Virus record (IMG/VR): IMGVR_UViG_3300027917_000038
Span: 11,892-75,891 of that record
Source of the DNA: a virus
Reading direction: 5' to 3' (one strand)
Length of the DNA stretch: 64,000 bases
The notes beneath the pieces are model-generated. The model was not told where the DNA came from. It saw only the letters and a program-made list of their open reading frames with translations, and ran no database searches. Positions 19,662-30,610 of this stretch are shown one piece after another. Each line of letters starts with the position of its first letter. The first letter of the stretch is position 1. The translations under genes and the position numbers were made by a program.

Positions 19662-20203
19662 TCAGTTTCGTACGTTCCATCGCCTTCAATCATGGCATCA
19701 AAATCTTCTGTTTCTTTTATGTAGTGTCTTAAAGCCATGCACTCAAATTCACGAAGGGGCATTTCTGCTTGAGCATAGTTTGTTCTTTCGGTTGTTACTC
19801 TACAACCTAAAAATTCCTCATAACCATCAATCCAAATACCTTCATGTGGATTATCTTCTAATGTAATATCACTAACATCGCTTGCAAGATTTAATTGAAT
19901 ATCGAAAGGAATTTTAGAAGCGGCAAGGCGTCTCATTTTCTCAAAATTGTCTCCAGATTCTTTTGTAAATACTGAAAGACGAATATCTGGAATACCATCT
20001 TGATATCCTTGATTATATTGTTCTAATGAACTAATTCTGGCTAATGGTCTTGTTATTGTTATAGAACTTCTATCAACACCAAATAACTCAAAACTATCAG
20101 ATTCAACAGTTCCAGGGGAAAACAATCGAGATGGATACGTAACTAACCATATTAATTTAACATCCCATGTTTTATAATTTCTGCTTAAACTAGGTTCTGA
20201 CAT
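19646..20203 (-). CDS. Tail tube protein
   Basis: ~185 aa, beta-rich, immediately after the sheath gene. Confidence 0.6.
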   Translation of the reverse strand: MSEPSLSRNYKTWDVKLIWLVTYPSRLFSPGTVESDSFELFGVDRSSITITRPLARISSLEQYNQGYQDGIPDIRLSVFTKESGDNFEKMRRLAASKIPFDIQLNLASDVSDITLEDNPHEGIWIDGYEEFLGCRVTTERTNYAQAEMPLREFECMALRHYIKETEDFDAMIEGDGTYETDWPEK

Positions 20204-20205
20204 TT

Positions 20206-21645
20206 TTACGCCTCGTTTCTAATTCCTGTAATTATAATTTTTTCTAACGAACTATACCAATAAAATCCAATCTCAATTGAAGGAATTGTTCTTGTTGCCC
20301 TTGCTGATTGTCCAGCCGTTGTGTTATTTTTCAAATCATCTTCCACTGGAATTTTGATATATGCTAATCCATCATGAATTCCTTGGTCTTGTAATGTTTT
20401 GAAAATACCTGCAATTTTATTTCTAACTAATTGCATACCTTTGTAGGACATATCAACTTCTCTTGAAGCTAAAAGCTCCCACAATCCATTCACAAGATTT
20501 TGACTTATGATATATTTACATCTTACATAATTAATTCTTGAAGAGTATCCAGTTCCAAGAGTAAAACCATGTGTTATAAGATAAGGTTCACCACTTAATT
20601 CCCTTCTTTTCATGACGGTTATTACTTGACCATCATTAAAGTAGCTCCTATCTACTAAAGGCATTTCCTCTTGAATACCCATGTGTGGTACTGCGAATGA
20701 CATTGTTTTATGTGGATGTGTTCCAGCTGTCATGCCCATTAATCCTGCCGCCATATCATGGTTTGAAGAACTTGGTTTAATATCCATAACAGAAACATCT
20801 TCTCTTTGTCCTATAAAATTCTTTATATTTTCCCAATTTACAGACATTCCACTTGCGGTTTCGCCTCTATCAGCATCACCTGGAGTAGCCCAGAAAAATA
20901 ATACGTTTTTACCTGCGATTGTATTAGTAAAACGCATTAAATCCTCAGCTTGGCTTCCAAAATGACTATCACCAGCAGAATAATTATCCTTGCTTGGAGT
21001 ATTGTCATAAGCTGCCGCCATCATGTTGATATTGTAATCATCAATAACTTCACTCAGTTTTGACATTACATTACCAATCTTAAATGACACTGTGATTTTA
21101 GAACCACTTCTTGGAGGATTATCTATTTCATTTCCAGAAAGTCCATTAAGAAAATTCAATCTGCCAGTCCAATTTGATAATCCATCAGTTTCTACTGTAA
21201 ATGCAACTCCAGTTGCTCCACCAGCTGTATTAATAAAGTATCCAGTTGCTTCTGCACTTGGATAATATCTAACTTCTTCTTGACCAGCTGGATAAAATCC
21301 TAATGGAGGTTTTATAGGAGTTTCATAAATATAATCTGTAACTTTTAACATTGGAGTATTTTGATAAATATCAACAGAACCGCTAACCAATGCCAAAACA
21401 TACAAAGTTCCGCCAGGTGTTGGACTAGCTGAGAAAAATCGGGAAGTTGATTTATAGGCTCGTGTAGAACTGGTAAAACCAGCTGCTCCTAAAACAGAAC
21501 TCCAATTATCGGCTGTTACTGCGTAAACAGTTGATTGAGATAAACTAGCGTCGCTCCCTTTCACTACTAACAAACAATTGTCCCATGGGACTGCCGCGGC
21601 CGCTGGGGTCTCAGCATCCCAAATTATGGTTAAGTATTCACCCAC
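20206..21645 (-). CDS. Tail sheath protein
   Basis: AYKSTSRFFSASPTP N-terminal motif, C-terminal RINYVRC...YKGMQLV...RATRTIPSIEIGF, and size. Confidence 0.75.
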   Translation of the reverse strand: MGEYLTIIWDAETPAAAAVPWDNCLLVVKGSDASLSQSTVYAVTADNWSSVLGAAGFTSSTRAYKSTSRFFSASPTPGGTLYVLALVSGSVDIYQNTPMLKVTDYIYETPIKPPLGFYPAGQEEVRYYPSAEATGYFINTAGGATGVAFTVETDGLSNWTGRLNFLNGLSGNEIDNPPRSGSKITVSFKIGNVMSKLSEVIDDYNINMMAAAYDNTPSKDNYSAGDSHFGSQAEDLMRFTNTIAGKNVLFFWATPGDADRGETASGMSVNWENIKNFIGQREDVSVMDIKPSSSNHDMAAGLMGMTAGTHPHKTMSFAVPHMGIQEEMPLVDRSYFNDGQVITVMKRRELSGEPYLITHGFTLGTGYSSRINYVRCKYIISQNLVNGLWELLASREVDMSYKGMQLVRNKIAGIFKTLQDQGIHDGLAYIKIPVEDDLKNNTTAGQSARATRTIPSIEIGFYWYSSLEKIIITGIRNEA

Positions 21646-21654
21646 TATAAATCA

Positions 21655-22251
21655 CTAACTTGTGTTTATTCTAATATTATTTTTATCATTCATAATTATA
21701 TAAGCTTGTTCAGCTCTTACTTCACCTTCTTCTCCTGATGGCAATTCTCTATACCATCGTACATCAGTTCTTAAATAAAAATCAAGTTCAAATTCATGAA
21801 CTCGTGTTGCTACATCCTCGTAATAAATTGTTAAATCTTTGATAGGTATCTCAATTCTCCTATCAATAGAAGCATCATATTTGTATAAAATATCATTCCA
21901 CCATGCTAACACATCATTTCTTATTTCATTGATAGCAAAAAAGGCAAAATCTCTGCCTCTAATGGCGTCATTATTATGGTATTTATTAGCATAAACTGAA
22001 ATATTAACAAATTCTAATTCACAAAATGCATATTCATATCTCCTATCATCTATTCTTCCAACTATATCTGACATAGATCCAAACAATTTTTGTGATGTTT
22101 GTATAAAATCTACTGAAATATAAGGAAGATTTCTTTCATGTGCCTCTCCAGCTCTCCATACCTCAATCTGAGGATCCCAACCATTATACGTAAAGTCTAA
22201 TGATTGTATTCTTTCAATTAATTCATTCTTTCCAGCTTCAGGAAGTGTCAA
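21655..22251 (-). CDS. Tail terminator/completion protein
   Basis: LPYISVDF motif and position before the sheath gene. Confidence 0.5.
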   Translation of the reverse strand: MTLPEAGKNELIERIQSLDFTYNGWDPQIEVWRAGEAHERNLPYISVDFIQTSQKLFGSMSDIVGRIDDRRYEYAFCELEFVNISVYANKYHNNDAIRGRDFAFFAINEIRNDVLAWWNDILYKYDASIDRRIEIPIKDLTIYYEDVATRVHEFELDFYLRTDVRWYRELPSGEEGEVRAEQAYIIMNDKNNIRINTS

Positions 22252-22597
22252 GTAATCTTCTCATCTCTATTTCTGCATTTTTGAATTTTTTCTTGCTTCT
22301 AACATCTATAATTCCCACAACACGATATTCGAGACCATTCCAAATCACTCTGGTTTTACCCGGAATCATATCAACCTTTTCCATCTCATCGCTTCTTACT
22401 TGTGCGAAAAGTCTTTCATAAGAATATTGCCCTTCTTTTCTTGGTTCTCTGTGAATTGTTTCATCTGGAAGAATAAGCATTTTTAATGTGGTATCAGTTG
22501 TTTTTCCAATAACTGCTATTCCTCCGCTTGCTCTTGAAGGTGTTTGTTCGTTTCTGACTGTTACATTTTCTTCAAATTGTTTTTGGGTTTTCCACAT
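22238..22597 (-). CDS. Head closure/stopper protein
   Basis: RVIWNGLEYRVVGI beta motif, size and position. Confidence 0.55.
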   Translation of the reverse strand: MWKTQKQFEENVTVRNEQTPSRASGGIAVIGKTTDTTLKMLILPDETIHREPRKEGQYSYERLFAQVRSDEMEKVDMIPGKTRVIWNGLEYRVVGIIDVRSKKKFKNAEIEMRRLLDTS

Positions 22598-23208
22598 TAC
22601 AATGGCCCCTCATCATAATAATAATCATATTCGTACCAATCTTCGTAACCAGTAACACCTGCCGAATGTGAACTCATTTCATCAGCAATTTTCTTATAAT
22701 CATGTTTTAAATTCCATCCCCAACCTCGTGATGTGTCGTCTCGTGTGACTCTGGGAATTGGATATGGACTGCCGTACTCATTAAAAAAATCATCACGGCA
22801 ATAAGCCTCTACATAAGCGTAAGCCATCATTCTATATGTTTCATGAGGAAGTAAACCTTTAAACGGATCACTAGCTCCCGTGGCAAAGAAAAACATAGGT
22901 TGCCATCTCTGATATGCGTATGTTGTTCTATTTAATTTTTCTAAAGCAACATCGCCAGTAGACCAAGATAAATCTCCAGAATAACAAAGCAATTCTAAAG
23001 ACATACAAACAGCGGCAGACCAAAGCAAATTGAATCTATCCGTTATGTTTGTTGGTCTCATTCCATGCTCTATTATCCAAGCATCTATTTTGGCATTGAC
23101 AATCTTCAGTAATCTATCATCCACTTTGTCCTCATCAAAATCCTCATTAAACATTTGAATAAAGTAAATTATGTCATCCTTTGAGGCATACTTTTCGACC
23201 GTTGACAT
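22597..23208 (-). CDS. Head-tail adaptor
   Basis: YASKDDI N-terminus, VNAKIDAWI; follows the major capsid gene. Confidence 0.55.
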   Translation of the reverse strand: MSTVEKYASKDDIIYFIQMFNEDFDEDKVDDRLLKIVNAKIDAWIIEHGMRPTNITDRFNLLWSAAVCMSLELLCYSGDLSWSTGDVALEKLNRTTYAYQRWQPMFFFATGASDPFKGLLPHETYRMMAYAYVEAYCRDDFFNEYGSPYPIPRVTRDDTSRGWGWNLKHDYKKIADEMSSHSAGVTGYEDWYEYDYYYDEGPL

Positions 23209-23217
23209 TTATACCAT

Positions 23218-24339
23218 CTATTGCATCGCTAATTGATCTAATCTCAATACACGAGCAAAGTCCGTCACTACTGGGCATATCGAAATAGCCGCGCTATTTT
23301 TGACTTCTAAAGGATCATGCTCAACCCATTGTCTCATATACATTTCAGTTGGGCTTGCTCTTTGCTGTTGGTGAAGCTTGTGAACCCAAGAACAGGCAGT
23401 AAAACCTATTTCCCTATTTGTGATTAAACCCCATTCCCATCTACCAGAGTTGTACAATGTGGTCATCATATCAATTTTGTTTAATCGATCCCAAGTTTGT
23501 CTTAGATAATCACCACGACCTGGATATCCTTCTCTATCAGTATTGATACCTGGCACTTCTTTATAAGTTTGCCCGACTATGCGTGTAATAGTTAATCCTT
23601 GAATTGCGGCACCAAGAACTCCTTGTGTGGTGTCCCTGATTTGAATTAATCTATTTAACAAACCAGTGTTATCTTCCATTGAGCGAGTCGTAACACGACC
23701 AACAATTAAATTCTGAGCTTGTTCCCCAGACATAAGATTAAATCTATCTTTCAGATAGTTCAAATCTTTAAAAATATTGGCACTAGCGTTATCCCAAGCT
23801 AACCCACCTAAGTGTGAATCAGCCGCTCCTCGGAAGGTTCCTTTTCTGACGTTTGCATAGCCTAATCTCTCAATAGTTTGAGTAGAGAAAGATGCCATAA
23901 CCGTAGGATCTCCATAAACATATCTTGTTAATGTGTATTCGATTAACCTGTTGATAAATCTAACCAATTGTCGATCCAACATTAAGCGTTTGGCTTGAAT
24001 AACTCCATTTTCAAAATCTTCCTCGAATTCCTCCAAATCTTCAGGGTATCCGTTTTTAATGGTTCTCGTATTAAAGGTAATTCCTTCAATATGAGGAGCA
24101 CCCATCATTTGAATTCTTTCACGAGGATCATGGAATCTTGCCATGCCTTGTGGATCGGCTAGCCAAGGTAGACTAAAGTGTTTCTTAGAACCTGGGCCTG
24201 GTGCGGGTCTTTTAGTCATTAACCCCATCAACATAGGTTCCCATTCTTCATCAAAAAATTGAATTGATTCAATGTATCTCCTGTATAACCAAGTTGGAAT
24301 TAAGTGAGGTTCCGTTAAATTTGACCAATCAAATGACAT
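23218..24339 (-). CDS. Major capsid protein (HK97 fold, lambda gpE-like)
   Basis: 373 aa after protease/scaffold and decoration genes; WDNASANIFKDL motif and C-terminal S..ICPV. Confidence 0.75.
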   Translation of the reverse strand: MSFDWSNLTEPHLIPTWLYRRYIESIQFFDEEWEPMLMGLMTKRPAPGPGSKKHFSLPWLADPQGMARFHDPRERIQMMGAPHIEGITFNTRTIKNGYPEDLEEFEEDFENGVIQAKRLMLDRQLVRFINRLIEYTLTRYVYGDPTVMASFSTQTIERLGYANVRKGTFRGAADSHLGGLAWDNASANIFKDLNYLKDRFNLMSGEQAQNLIVGRVTTRSMEDNTGLLNRLIQIRDTTQGVLGAAIQGLTITRIVGQTYKEVPGINTDREGYPGRGDYLRQTWDRLNKIDMMTTLYNSGRWEWGLITNREIGFTACSWVHKLHQQQRASPTEMYMRQWVEHDPLEVKNSAAISICPVVTDFARVLRLDQLAMQ

Positions 24340-24340
24340 T

Positions 24341-24868
24341 TTATGGAAGCACCTCTGCTTTTGGATCTACAAATACTAAACCAGCTTCGCCTGGAACGGT
24401 TTCCTCTAACCATTTGCCTAGTGAATAACCACTTCCACTTTGTGTGCCAGGGCCTCCTTGTGGATAGCCTCCGCCATTTGCTGGTAAGCATTTTTCATCA
24501 ATTTGTGCAGTATAACCAGTTGCCTTATTGAGCATTTTACAAATACCCATTTTCATCAATGTAATCTCTCTTGGGTAGTAATAATCAGGTCTTAAAATTA
24601 TGTTGTCATTACTGACTCCAGAACTTATTTCCCTAATATCAAGAGAAATTCCAATTGCGTGTTCGGCGCCTGGAGTTGCATTATCATAAGATTTAATTCG
24701 TCTTTTCTTGATTGGGGTTCCGATATAACCAGTTAAGGTTGGGTGCAATACACAAGGCTCGCCTAAATCAACATCTGATGCTTCATCCAACCAAAAGCGT
24801 CCTTTGCTTAATGATTGAACATGCTCTTTAAAAAAGCTGTGATATGCTGTTCTATAATAATTTGACAT
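24341..24868 (-). CDS. Capsid decoration/cement protein
   Basis: Position between scaffold and MCP; AIGISL...LGKWLEE...GLVFVDP. Confidence 0.55.
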   Translation of the reverse strand: MSNYYRTAYHSFFKEHVQSLSKGRFWLDEASDVDLGEPCVLHPTLTGYIGTPIKKRRIKSYDNATPGAEHAIGISLDIREISSGVSNDNIILRPDYYYPREITLMKMGICKMLNKATGYTAQIDEKCLPANGGGYPQGGPGTQSGSGYSLGKWLEETVPGEAGLVFVDPKAEVLP

Positions 24869-24870
24869 TT

Positions 24871-25923
24871 TTATTTAGCACCTCTTTTTTCAAAGAATTC
24901 TTTTGGCATGTTTGCAAAAGCTTTAACATCTCTTTGAGCTTTTTGCTTTTCATCCTCAAGTTCCTCATCTTTAAATTGAGATTTTTGAGCTGTTGAACTC
25001 AAATCTTCAACTTGTGCATGAGGAGCACTTTCTAATTCTTTTGCTCTTTTACTAAGAAAATTCTTTACTTCCTCAAATTTCTTATCATCAGCAATAGAAT
25101 CACGGACTTTCATGCGATATAATTCTTCCATATCTTTACCATCTAATTCAATCAAGTTATTGATAACTGGTTCGACTTCTTTCATCTTAATTTTTTCATG
25201 CAACTTGTCGATTATGATTGACTGCTCTTTTACCTTGTCATTTAATTCCAAGATTTGTTCAGAAATTTCGTCTTTTTCAGTTCGTTCTGATTCAATTTCT
25301 TTTTCACTGTCTTCTATTGTTTTCTCCAAAGTTACAATTTTAGATTCTAATTCCTCTAAAATTTTATCCTTTTTAGTAAGCTTTTCCTCTAGTTCCCGTA
25401 TGGACTTCATTAATTCTTGTTCATACTCATCTTTTTCTTCTTCAGGCATATTATCACTCTCGTTTAATATATCAATAACCTTGCATTCTTTACACGCTGG
25501 TGTAGGTGTTAAAGAATGCTCTATTACATCAAAATGTATTGGACTCTCGTCTGGCCCGTACTGTCTAAATCTGAGAGAAATCTTTATTGGTTTATTTAGT
25601 TCATCTCTTTTTTTTATGATATTTCTCACATCAAGATGTGCTTGAGTGTGACCATAAACTTGGTATTTACTAAATATATCTCCTTTTTCAACATGAGATT
25701 CCAATACGCGTCCAAAAATGTGAGTGGATTTAGTAAATTCTGGAATAATAGGATGTTCATGTCTCCAAATAAGTGGTTTTCCCGGAGAATCATTTGAAAT
25801 CCTTTCCAATCCTTTTTCACAAACAAAATCCTTTGTTATAGATCTTGCAGTAAATATGAATTTGTCTTCGGTTTCTTCAACATCTTCCAATGCAAAATCT
25901 ACAATTAGATCTTTTCCACTCAT
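24871..25923 (-). CDS. Prohead protease-scaffold fusion
   Basis: PLIWRHEH, ISLRF and EHSLTPTPAC (HK97-type protease motifs) followed by an acidic coiled coil. Confidence 0.75.
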   Translation of the reverse strand: MSGKDLIVDFALEDVEETEDKFIFTARSITKDFVCEKGLERISNDSPGKPLIWRHEHPIIPEFTKSTHIFGRVLESHVEKGDIFSKYQVYGHTQAHLDVRNIIKKRDELNKPIKISLRFRQYGPDESPIHFDVIEHSLTPTPACKECKVIDILNESDNMPEEEKDEYEQELMKSIRELEEKLTKKDKILEELESKIVTLEKTIEDSEKEIESERTEKDEISEQILELNDKVKEQSIIIDKLHEKIKMKEVEPVINNLIELDGKDMEELYRMKVRDSIADDKKFEEVKNFLSKRAKELESAPHAQVEDLSSTAQKSQFKDEELEDEKQKAQRDVKAFANMPKEFFEKRGAK

Positions 25924-25927
25924 TTTA

Positions 25928-25970
25928 TCACCTTACTTTATATATATTTTTATAGTTTATAAATATGTTC
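25928..25970 (-). promoter_or_regulatory. Putative archaeal late promoter and RBS for the capsid genes
   Basis: Minus strand reads TTTATAAAC...TATATATAAAGTAAGGTGATAAAATG (TATA-like boxes plus AGGTGA RBS). Confidence 0.5.
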
Positions 25971-25971
25971 A

Positions 25972-26316
25972 TTAAAAACGTAATATTGAGTTAAACAAAT
26001 ACCTATTAGTTAATTCTCTAATATCAAACTGGTGTTGCTTTATTTTGCCTGCCATTCCACTGTCTATATTTCCTGGACAAAGTGGTGTATCACAAGTCAT
26101 AATTATTTCTCCTTGTGAATAATGGAATGCATGCATTTTCTTTGCACAAAACTTACATGGAAATAATCCATCTAATTCTTTTAACCAAGTTTTATCTGTT
26201 GCCCATGAATCGTCCCATGCTAATGATAAAGAATTTTTAACCTTATCTTGTCTATATTTAAGATATTTGTTAGCGTCTTTAAAACTTGAAATTTTCTTAT
26301 GTCCCAGTTTCAACAC
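25972..26316 (-). CDS. Zinc-ribbon protein
   Basis: CKFC...CDTPLC; GAGGTG RBS before the TTG start. Confidence 0.55.
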   Translation of the reverse strand: MLKLGHKKISSFKDANKYLKYRQDKVKNSLSLAWDDSWATDKTWLKELDGLFPCKFCAKKMHAFHYSQGEIIMTCDTPLCPGNIDSGMAGKIKQHQFDIRELTNRYLFNSILRF

Positions 26317-26318
26317 CT

Positions 26319-26873
26319 CTATACACTTTTTGCATAATCTTCATACACCTTTCTTATTGATTTTATTATTTTTTCCCACGCAAATACAAATGTGGATTTT
26401 AATATGGATTTTCTTCTTTCATGAATAGGCCCAAAATTAAATATATGAGTTTTTCCTGCTCTTGTTGTTTTAGCTCTTGTTGTTGAAGATTTTGGTATTT
26501 CAAATTTTAACACGTTTTTATCTATCTTTATTGTTGTGTTTGCTTTCATAAGTCCAGATAACTCATGAACATTTGTATGACCAGTTCTTATCTTATATCT
26601 TAAGTAATTAGCTTCGTAAGGATCTCCTCTTGGTGGAATACCAGTTGTTTTCATTAATCTCCTCATTTCTGCGGCATCTTTAACTGAATATAAATCTGTT
26701 AAATTATTAACATATATTTTAGCCCATAAAACATTTAAAAGATGTCCTTTAGCCGCATCCAAAGCATCCAATTTTGGTTTACCTGATTTAATCACTTCAA
26801 TAAATTTTTTTGCTTGTTGTAAATCCATTCTTACTTTAACTATAATAATCAGCTCCTTTTTTTGGCTCTTCAT
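26319..26873 (-). CDS. Hypothetical virion morphogenesis protein
   Basis: Basic protein in the head module after the portal gene. Confidence 0.35.
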   Translation of the reverse strand: MKSQKKELIIIVKVRMDLQQAKKFIEVIKSGKPKLDALDAAKGHLLNVLWAKIYVNNLTDLYSVKDAAEMRRLMKTTGIPPRGDPYEANYLRYKIRTGHTNVHELSGLMKANTTIKIDKNVLKFEIPKSSTTRAKTTRAGKTHIFNFGPIHERRKSILKSTFVFAWEKIIKSIRKVYEDYAKSV

Positions 26874-27338
26874 CTAAAATATCTAAATTAAGTCTATCTT
26901 TTAGTTTTGCTGTTGCCTCTATTTGATCAGCTATCCATGTTGCTATTGCAGATACGCTTTCATTCAAAACTTTAAAACAAGTATTAAAATGTTCGCATCC
27001 TTGACATTCAAATTTGTCCTTTTCCCTCATACATCCAAGTAAATTTTCAGCAATATCTTCAAAAACTTTTATATTAATTATTTCTGCTGGTTTTTTATGA
27101 CCCATTTCCCTTATATTCACTTATGTTTATTAATATCCAATTAATTCTTTTACACAATAAATTAACTGAATTTTTAATAGATTTTATTATATCTCCTTTA
27201 AAATTATTAGCCATTGCGTCATAGAAATAAGAAAGAACATAATCGTATTCTCTTTCCAATTCTTTCGATATTCGTATTACAAATCCTATATCAACTGTTT
27301 TACATCCAAGCAGTTCATTCATTACTGCTTTGTTAAAA

Positions 27339-28799
27339 TCAATCTGTTTTAGTTTTTCTTGATTGATTATATTCCACAAGTCGCTCTTTAGCGCTTCTTT
27401 GAGTTTCTCTTTCAGATGGTTGTTTTTGGGCAAGTGCCTCAACCTTTTTGTTTTCATTTTGAGGTAGTTCGTCTAAAAATCCAAATGCGGATTGTGCGGC
27501 TTTCCTCATTTCATTTACATCGTTCCAAACTCCTACCATTGCTCCAAGTTGTATTGATTGCATTAACTCTAAAGTTGTTTCTAATCTAAGAGGACTCCAA
27601 TCAATTTCAATTTCATGTGGAGACACATCGTTTATTCCATGATAAGGCAATAAACAAAAAGCGTAGAAATTTGTTAATATTAATTCATATTTTCTTCTTA
27701 TACCTTTTATGAATCTTAACCAACTTTCTTGTAAGATTCTTGAAGTTGCTAATTCAGATCCTCGTGCTTCTCTCATGCCCATGGAACCGAATATAGTATA
27801 CATTATTTGTTTATCTAGTTCTTGAATGTAGATGACATAAATTTCTGAACTTCTTGCAGTCTGTGTTTCTAATGTTTTCATTTCCATTTCCCCTGGAATG
27901 GAAACTCCACCAAAATTTGTGATTTGTCTTATAAATTGTTTTCCATTGTCTAAAGCCGCTTGCATTTTATGGATATCAGTTGGATAAACATTTGATCTTG
28001 GGTCTCCGACTGATAATATTACGAATGGTGCCCAATGTTTTTGAGAATATTTTCTCATAAACCAGAGAATCCATCTTTTATAAACGATATAATGCAGAGC
28101 ATTAGCAATTGGAGGTTTTTTGAAAAATCTTCCAAATAAAATCACATTTGGTTCATCTGCTAAATGTATTTGTTGTTCCTCATATTCACTTTGTAACGTG
28201 TCGCTGTAGGTGATTTTCCCAGGTTCTCTTCCCCAATCTGATTTGTATCTAAGATAATTGTCTTTTCCTGCAGATCTGTAAAAATTCTTTTTTGTTCTAT
28301 GGTAGTTGTATTTTGGAACGTGTTGTATGAATTTTCTGTAACCCATTACAGGATCTTCACGAACTTCAATCGTTTTAGGATCTAATCTTTGTATATCAAC
28401 GTTTTCATATTCAATGCTTCTATCAGTTCTCCATGCGAACATGCTATAAACTATTGAATCGTACCATGTTTCTATTATCCAGTCTTCTACTGTTTGTCTT
28501 TTTACATTTATTCCTCTGTTCCATCTTTTAATGATATCAATGGCTTCTTGTCTTTTATCACATCTAACCCTAGGCCCATCTCCTACAATAACAGAACCAG
28601 TTATTTCAGTAAATGAGACAGCAACTGAATCATTCCAAAAACCTTCTTCAAGATTTTTGTATGTTGGTTTTATCATGACTTTTCTCAATTCTTTCAAGTC
28701 TTGATCTAAGTCAAACGAATCACTCCCGATTGTTGCCAATATGGCTCTTTTGCTTGGCCAGAATTCTTGTTCTGGATCTACTGTTTTTCTAATAGGCAT
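27339..28799 (-). CDS. Portal protein
   Basis: 486 aa directly after the terminase; QRLDPKTIEV and GGVSIPGEMEMKTLE portal-like segments. Confidence 0.8.
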   Translation of the reverse strand: MPIRKTVDPEQEFWPSKRAILATIGSDSFDLDQDLKELRKVMIKPTYKNLEEGFWNDSVAVSFTEITGSVIVGDGPRVRCDKRQEAIDIIKRWNRGINVKRQTVEDWIIETWYDSIVYSMFAWRTDRSIEYENVDIQRLDPKTIEVREDPVMGYRKFIQHVPKYNYHRTKKNFYRSAGKDNYLRYKSDWGREPGKITYSDTLQSEYEEQQIHLADEPNVILFGRFFKKPPIANALHYIVYKRWILWFMRKYSQKHWAPFVILSVGDPRSNVYPTDIHKMQAALDNGKQFIRQITNFGGVSIPGEMEMKTLETQTARSSEIYVIYIQELDKQIMYTIFGSMGMREARGSELATSRILQESWLRFIKGIRRKYELILTNFYAFCLLPYHGINDVSPHEIEIDWSPLRLETTLELMQSIQLGAMVGVWNDVNEMRKAAQSAFGFLDELPQNENKKVEALAQKQPSERETQRSAKERLVEYNQSRKTKTD

Positions 28800-28984
28800 T
28801 TCCTTTAAAAAATTTCATTAATTCTTTTAATATTTTTTCCCAATATATATTTTTTCCATTTTGTAAAGATGTAAAATCTATTGGTTCAATCATTACGAAG
28901 TCAAATGTAAATTCTTCAACGATTGGTTCGTCAAGTTTTATACAGGGAATTCCATCAACTTCTATAATTTCAACATCTTTTTTT

Positions 28985-30610
28985 TTAGAATCCATAGCTG
29001 AGTTTTACTCCTCTAATTTTTAATTTATCTAAATATGTAGGTCTTCTTCTATGTCCCCAACATGATAAAGCAAGCGCAATAACTCTATCATCATGAAACG
29101 ATTGTGTCCCATATTTTATATAATCTGTACCTGGAAGTTCATCACATTCAAATCTTAACAATTCTTCTCTTAAGTTTCCTATTTCTGGTTCGCTTGCTGG
29201 CGGTATTTCAATTCTGTTTTGTGCAAATGTTTTTATTAAATTTCCTATCAATTCAGGTTTTGTAATTCTTGAGATTATAAATCCTTTTTGATTTTGTCGA
29301 TTGTCAAAAATTTGAGTTCTTACTGGTATTCCATTCGATCTACGAAGATTTTCAAGATCTTCTTGCAATTGTTCTACTAAAGGATCTCCTAATCCAGTAG
29401 CATCTGGTACTATCCATGTTGGATTAAAAACTTGAATAACTTTTAATAATTTATCTCTAATATATCTATATGTTTTGTGTTCATCATATTCACCAGCAAC
29501 TGACATTCCAAAATCAAGAATTATTCTTCCAGATTTTTTGTCTAAATGTGTGATATAAAAGCAAGAAGCGTCATGTTTTCTTCCATAATCAACACCGAGG
29601 ACATAATCAATGTCTCTTCTTGCTCTAAAGATATTTTTTAATTTTTTATTTGTACATGCTTTAAGCCATTCTCCTAAGAAAACCATTGATGCGTCAGAAA
29701 TGATTTCTCCTAGGTATTCTTGTCTTGCCGTTGGACTCCAACCTGCTTCATCAAGCAATTGCTTTACGTACCATTTAGGTCGAAGACCATCATTCCAAGC
29801 GTCTACGTATGGAGTTGCGAATAGTCCAACACCGTATTTATAATCAAATGCTCCACACATTGGACATTTGTGCATATCTTCAATAGGCATTTTTCCATTT
29901 GGAAATCTGTCTACATTAAATGCGGCTTGTGGGAATCTTTCTCCACATGCTTTACAAATTATATCACGAGTTTCTAATCCTTTGTAATAATATTCTATGA
30001 ACTTTCCTTTTGGGCCTTTTGGAGTGGAAAGCATTATCCATCTTTCACCGTGAGTAACTGTTGGCATTGCAGATTGAAAAATGATTTTTTCATCCATCAA
30101 ATGAGCTTCATCAACGAATAAAAGGTCGTAAGTACTACCTTCAATTCCATCTGTACAGGGCCAACATTCAACATAACTACCATTTGTAAGTTCTAAGTAG
30201 TCGACTCTTACGCTTTTAGGAATCACATAATCCCAGAAAATAGAGTGTTTTAAGATTTTCTTGATTTTATTAAACAATTTTTTAGATTGTTTCTCAGTAG
30301 CCGCAATAATTCCAATTGCGCAACCAGGTTTTATAACTAAGAGAGAACTTGCTGCGTATGCGCAACCAAGAGTTTTTCCTGTTTGGCGAGGCCAAATCAT
30401 TACAACTCCTCTTGGAATTTTCTCGACTTCGTCAAAATCATATTGACTTAAAGGAAATCCAAATTGAATAGAGTCAATTGCGTCTTTTTGAGGCTGTGTT
30501 AATTTGATAGGACGAGAACGATTCTTTTCTTCGTGAAAAAATCTCTCAATAAAACTAACTGCCCTGAACATTACATCGTCTATTCCTTGTAACTCTTCGA
30601 GGACTTCCAC
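28985..30610 (-). CDS. terL: Terminase large subunit
   Basis: Q-motif (LTQPQ), Walker A RQTGKT, Walker B LFVDEAH, motif III LSTP, and nuclease GVDYGR, DATGLG and HDDRVIALAL. Confidence 0.95.
   Translation of the reverse strand: MEVLEELQGIDDVMFRAVSFIERFFHEEKNRSRPIKLTQPQKDAIDSIQFGFPLSQYDFDEVEKIPRGVVMIWPRQTGKTLGCAYAASSLLVIKPGCAIGIIAATEKQSKKLFNKIKKILKHSIFWDYVIPKSVRVDYLELTNGSYVECWPCTDGIEGSTYDLLFVDEAHLMDEKIIFQSAMPTVTHGERWIMLSTPKGPKGKFIEYYYKGLETRDIICKACGERFPQAAFNVDRFPNGKMPIEDMHKCPMCGAFDYKYGVGLFATPYVDAWNDGLRPKWYVKQLLDEAGWSPTARQEYLGEIISDASMVFLGEWLKACTNKKLKNIFRARRDIDYVLGVDYGRKHDASCFYITHLDKKSGRIILDFGMSVAGEYDEHKTYRYIRDKLLKVIQVFNPTWIVPDATGLGDPLVEQLQEDLENLRRSNGIPVRTQIFDNRQNQKGFIISRITKPELIGNLIKTFAQNRIEIPPASEPEIGNLREELLRFECDELPGTDYIKYGTQSFHDDRVIALALSCWGHRRRPTYLDKLKIRGVKLSYGF

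Noticed and set aside
29850-29965. Intein in the terminase
   Set aside because: Insert is ~40 aa with no intein splicing blocks or His-Asn terminus
3915-30446. Plus-strand ORFs antisense to the late operon (e.g. 13012-13323, 20681-20965, 25112-25645)
   Set aside because: Shadow ORFs of well-supported minus-strand genes, with no motifs or RBS
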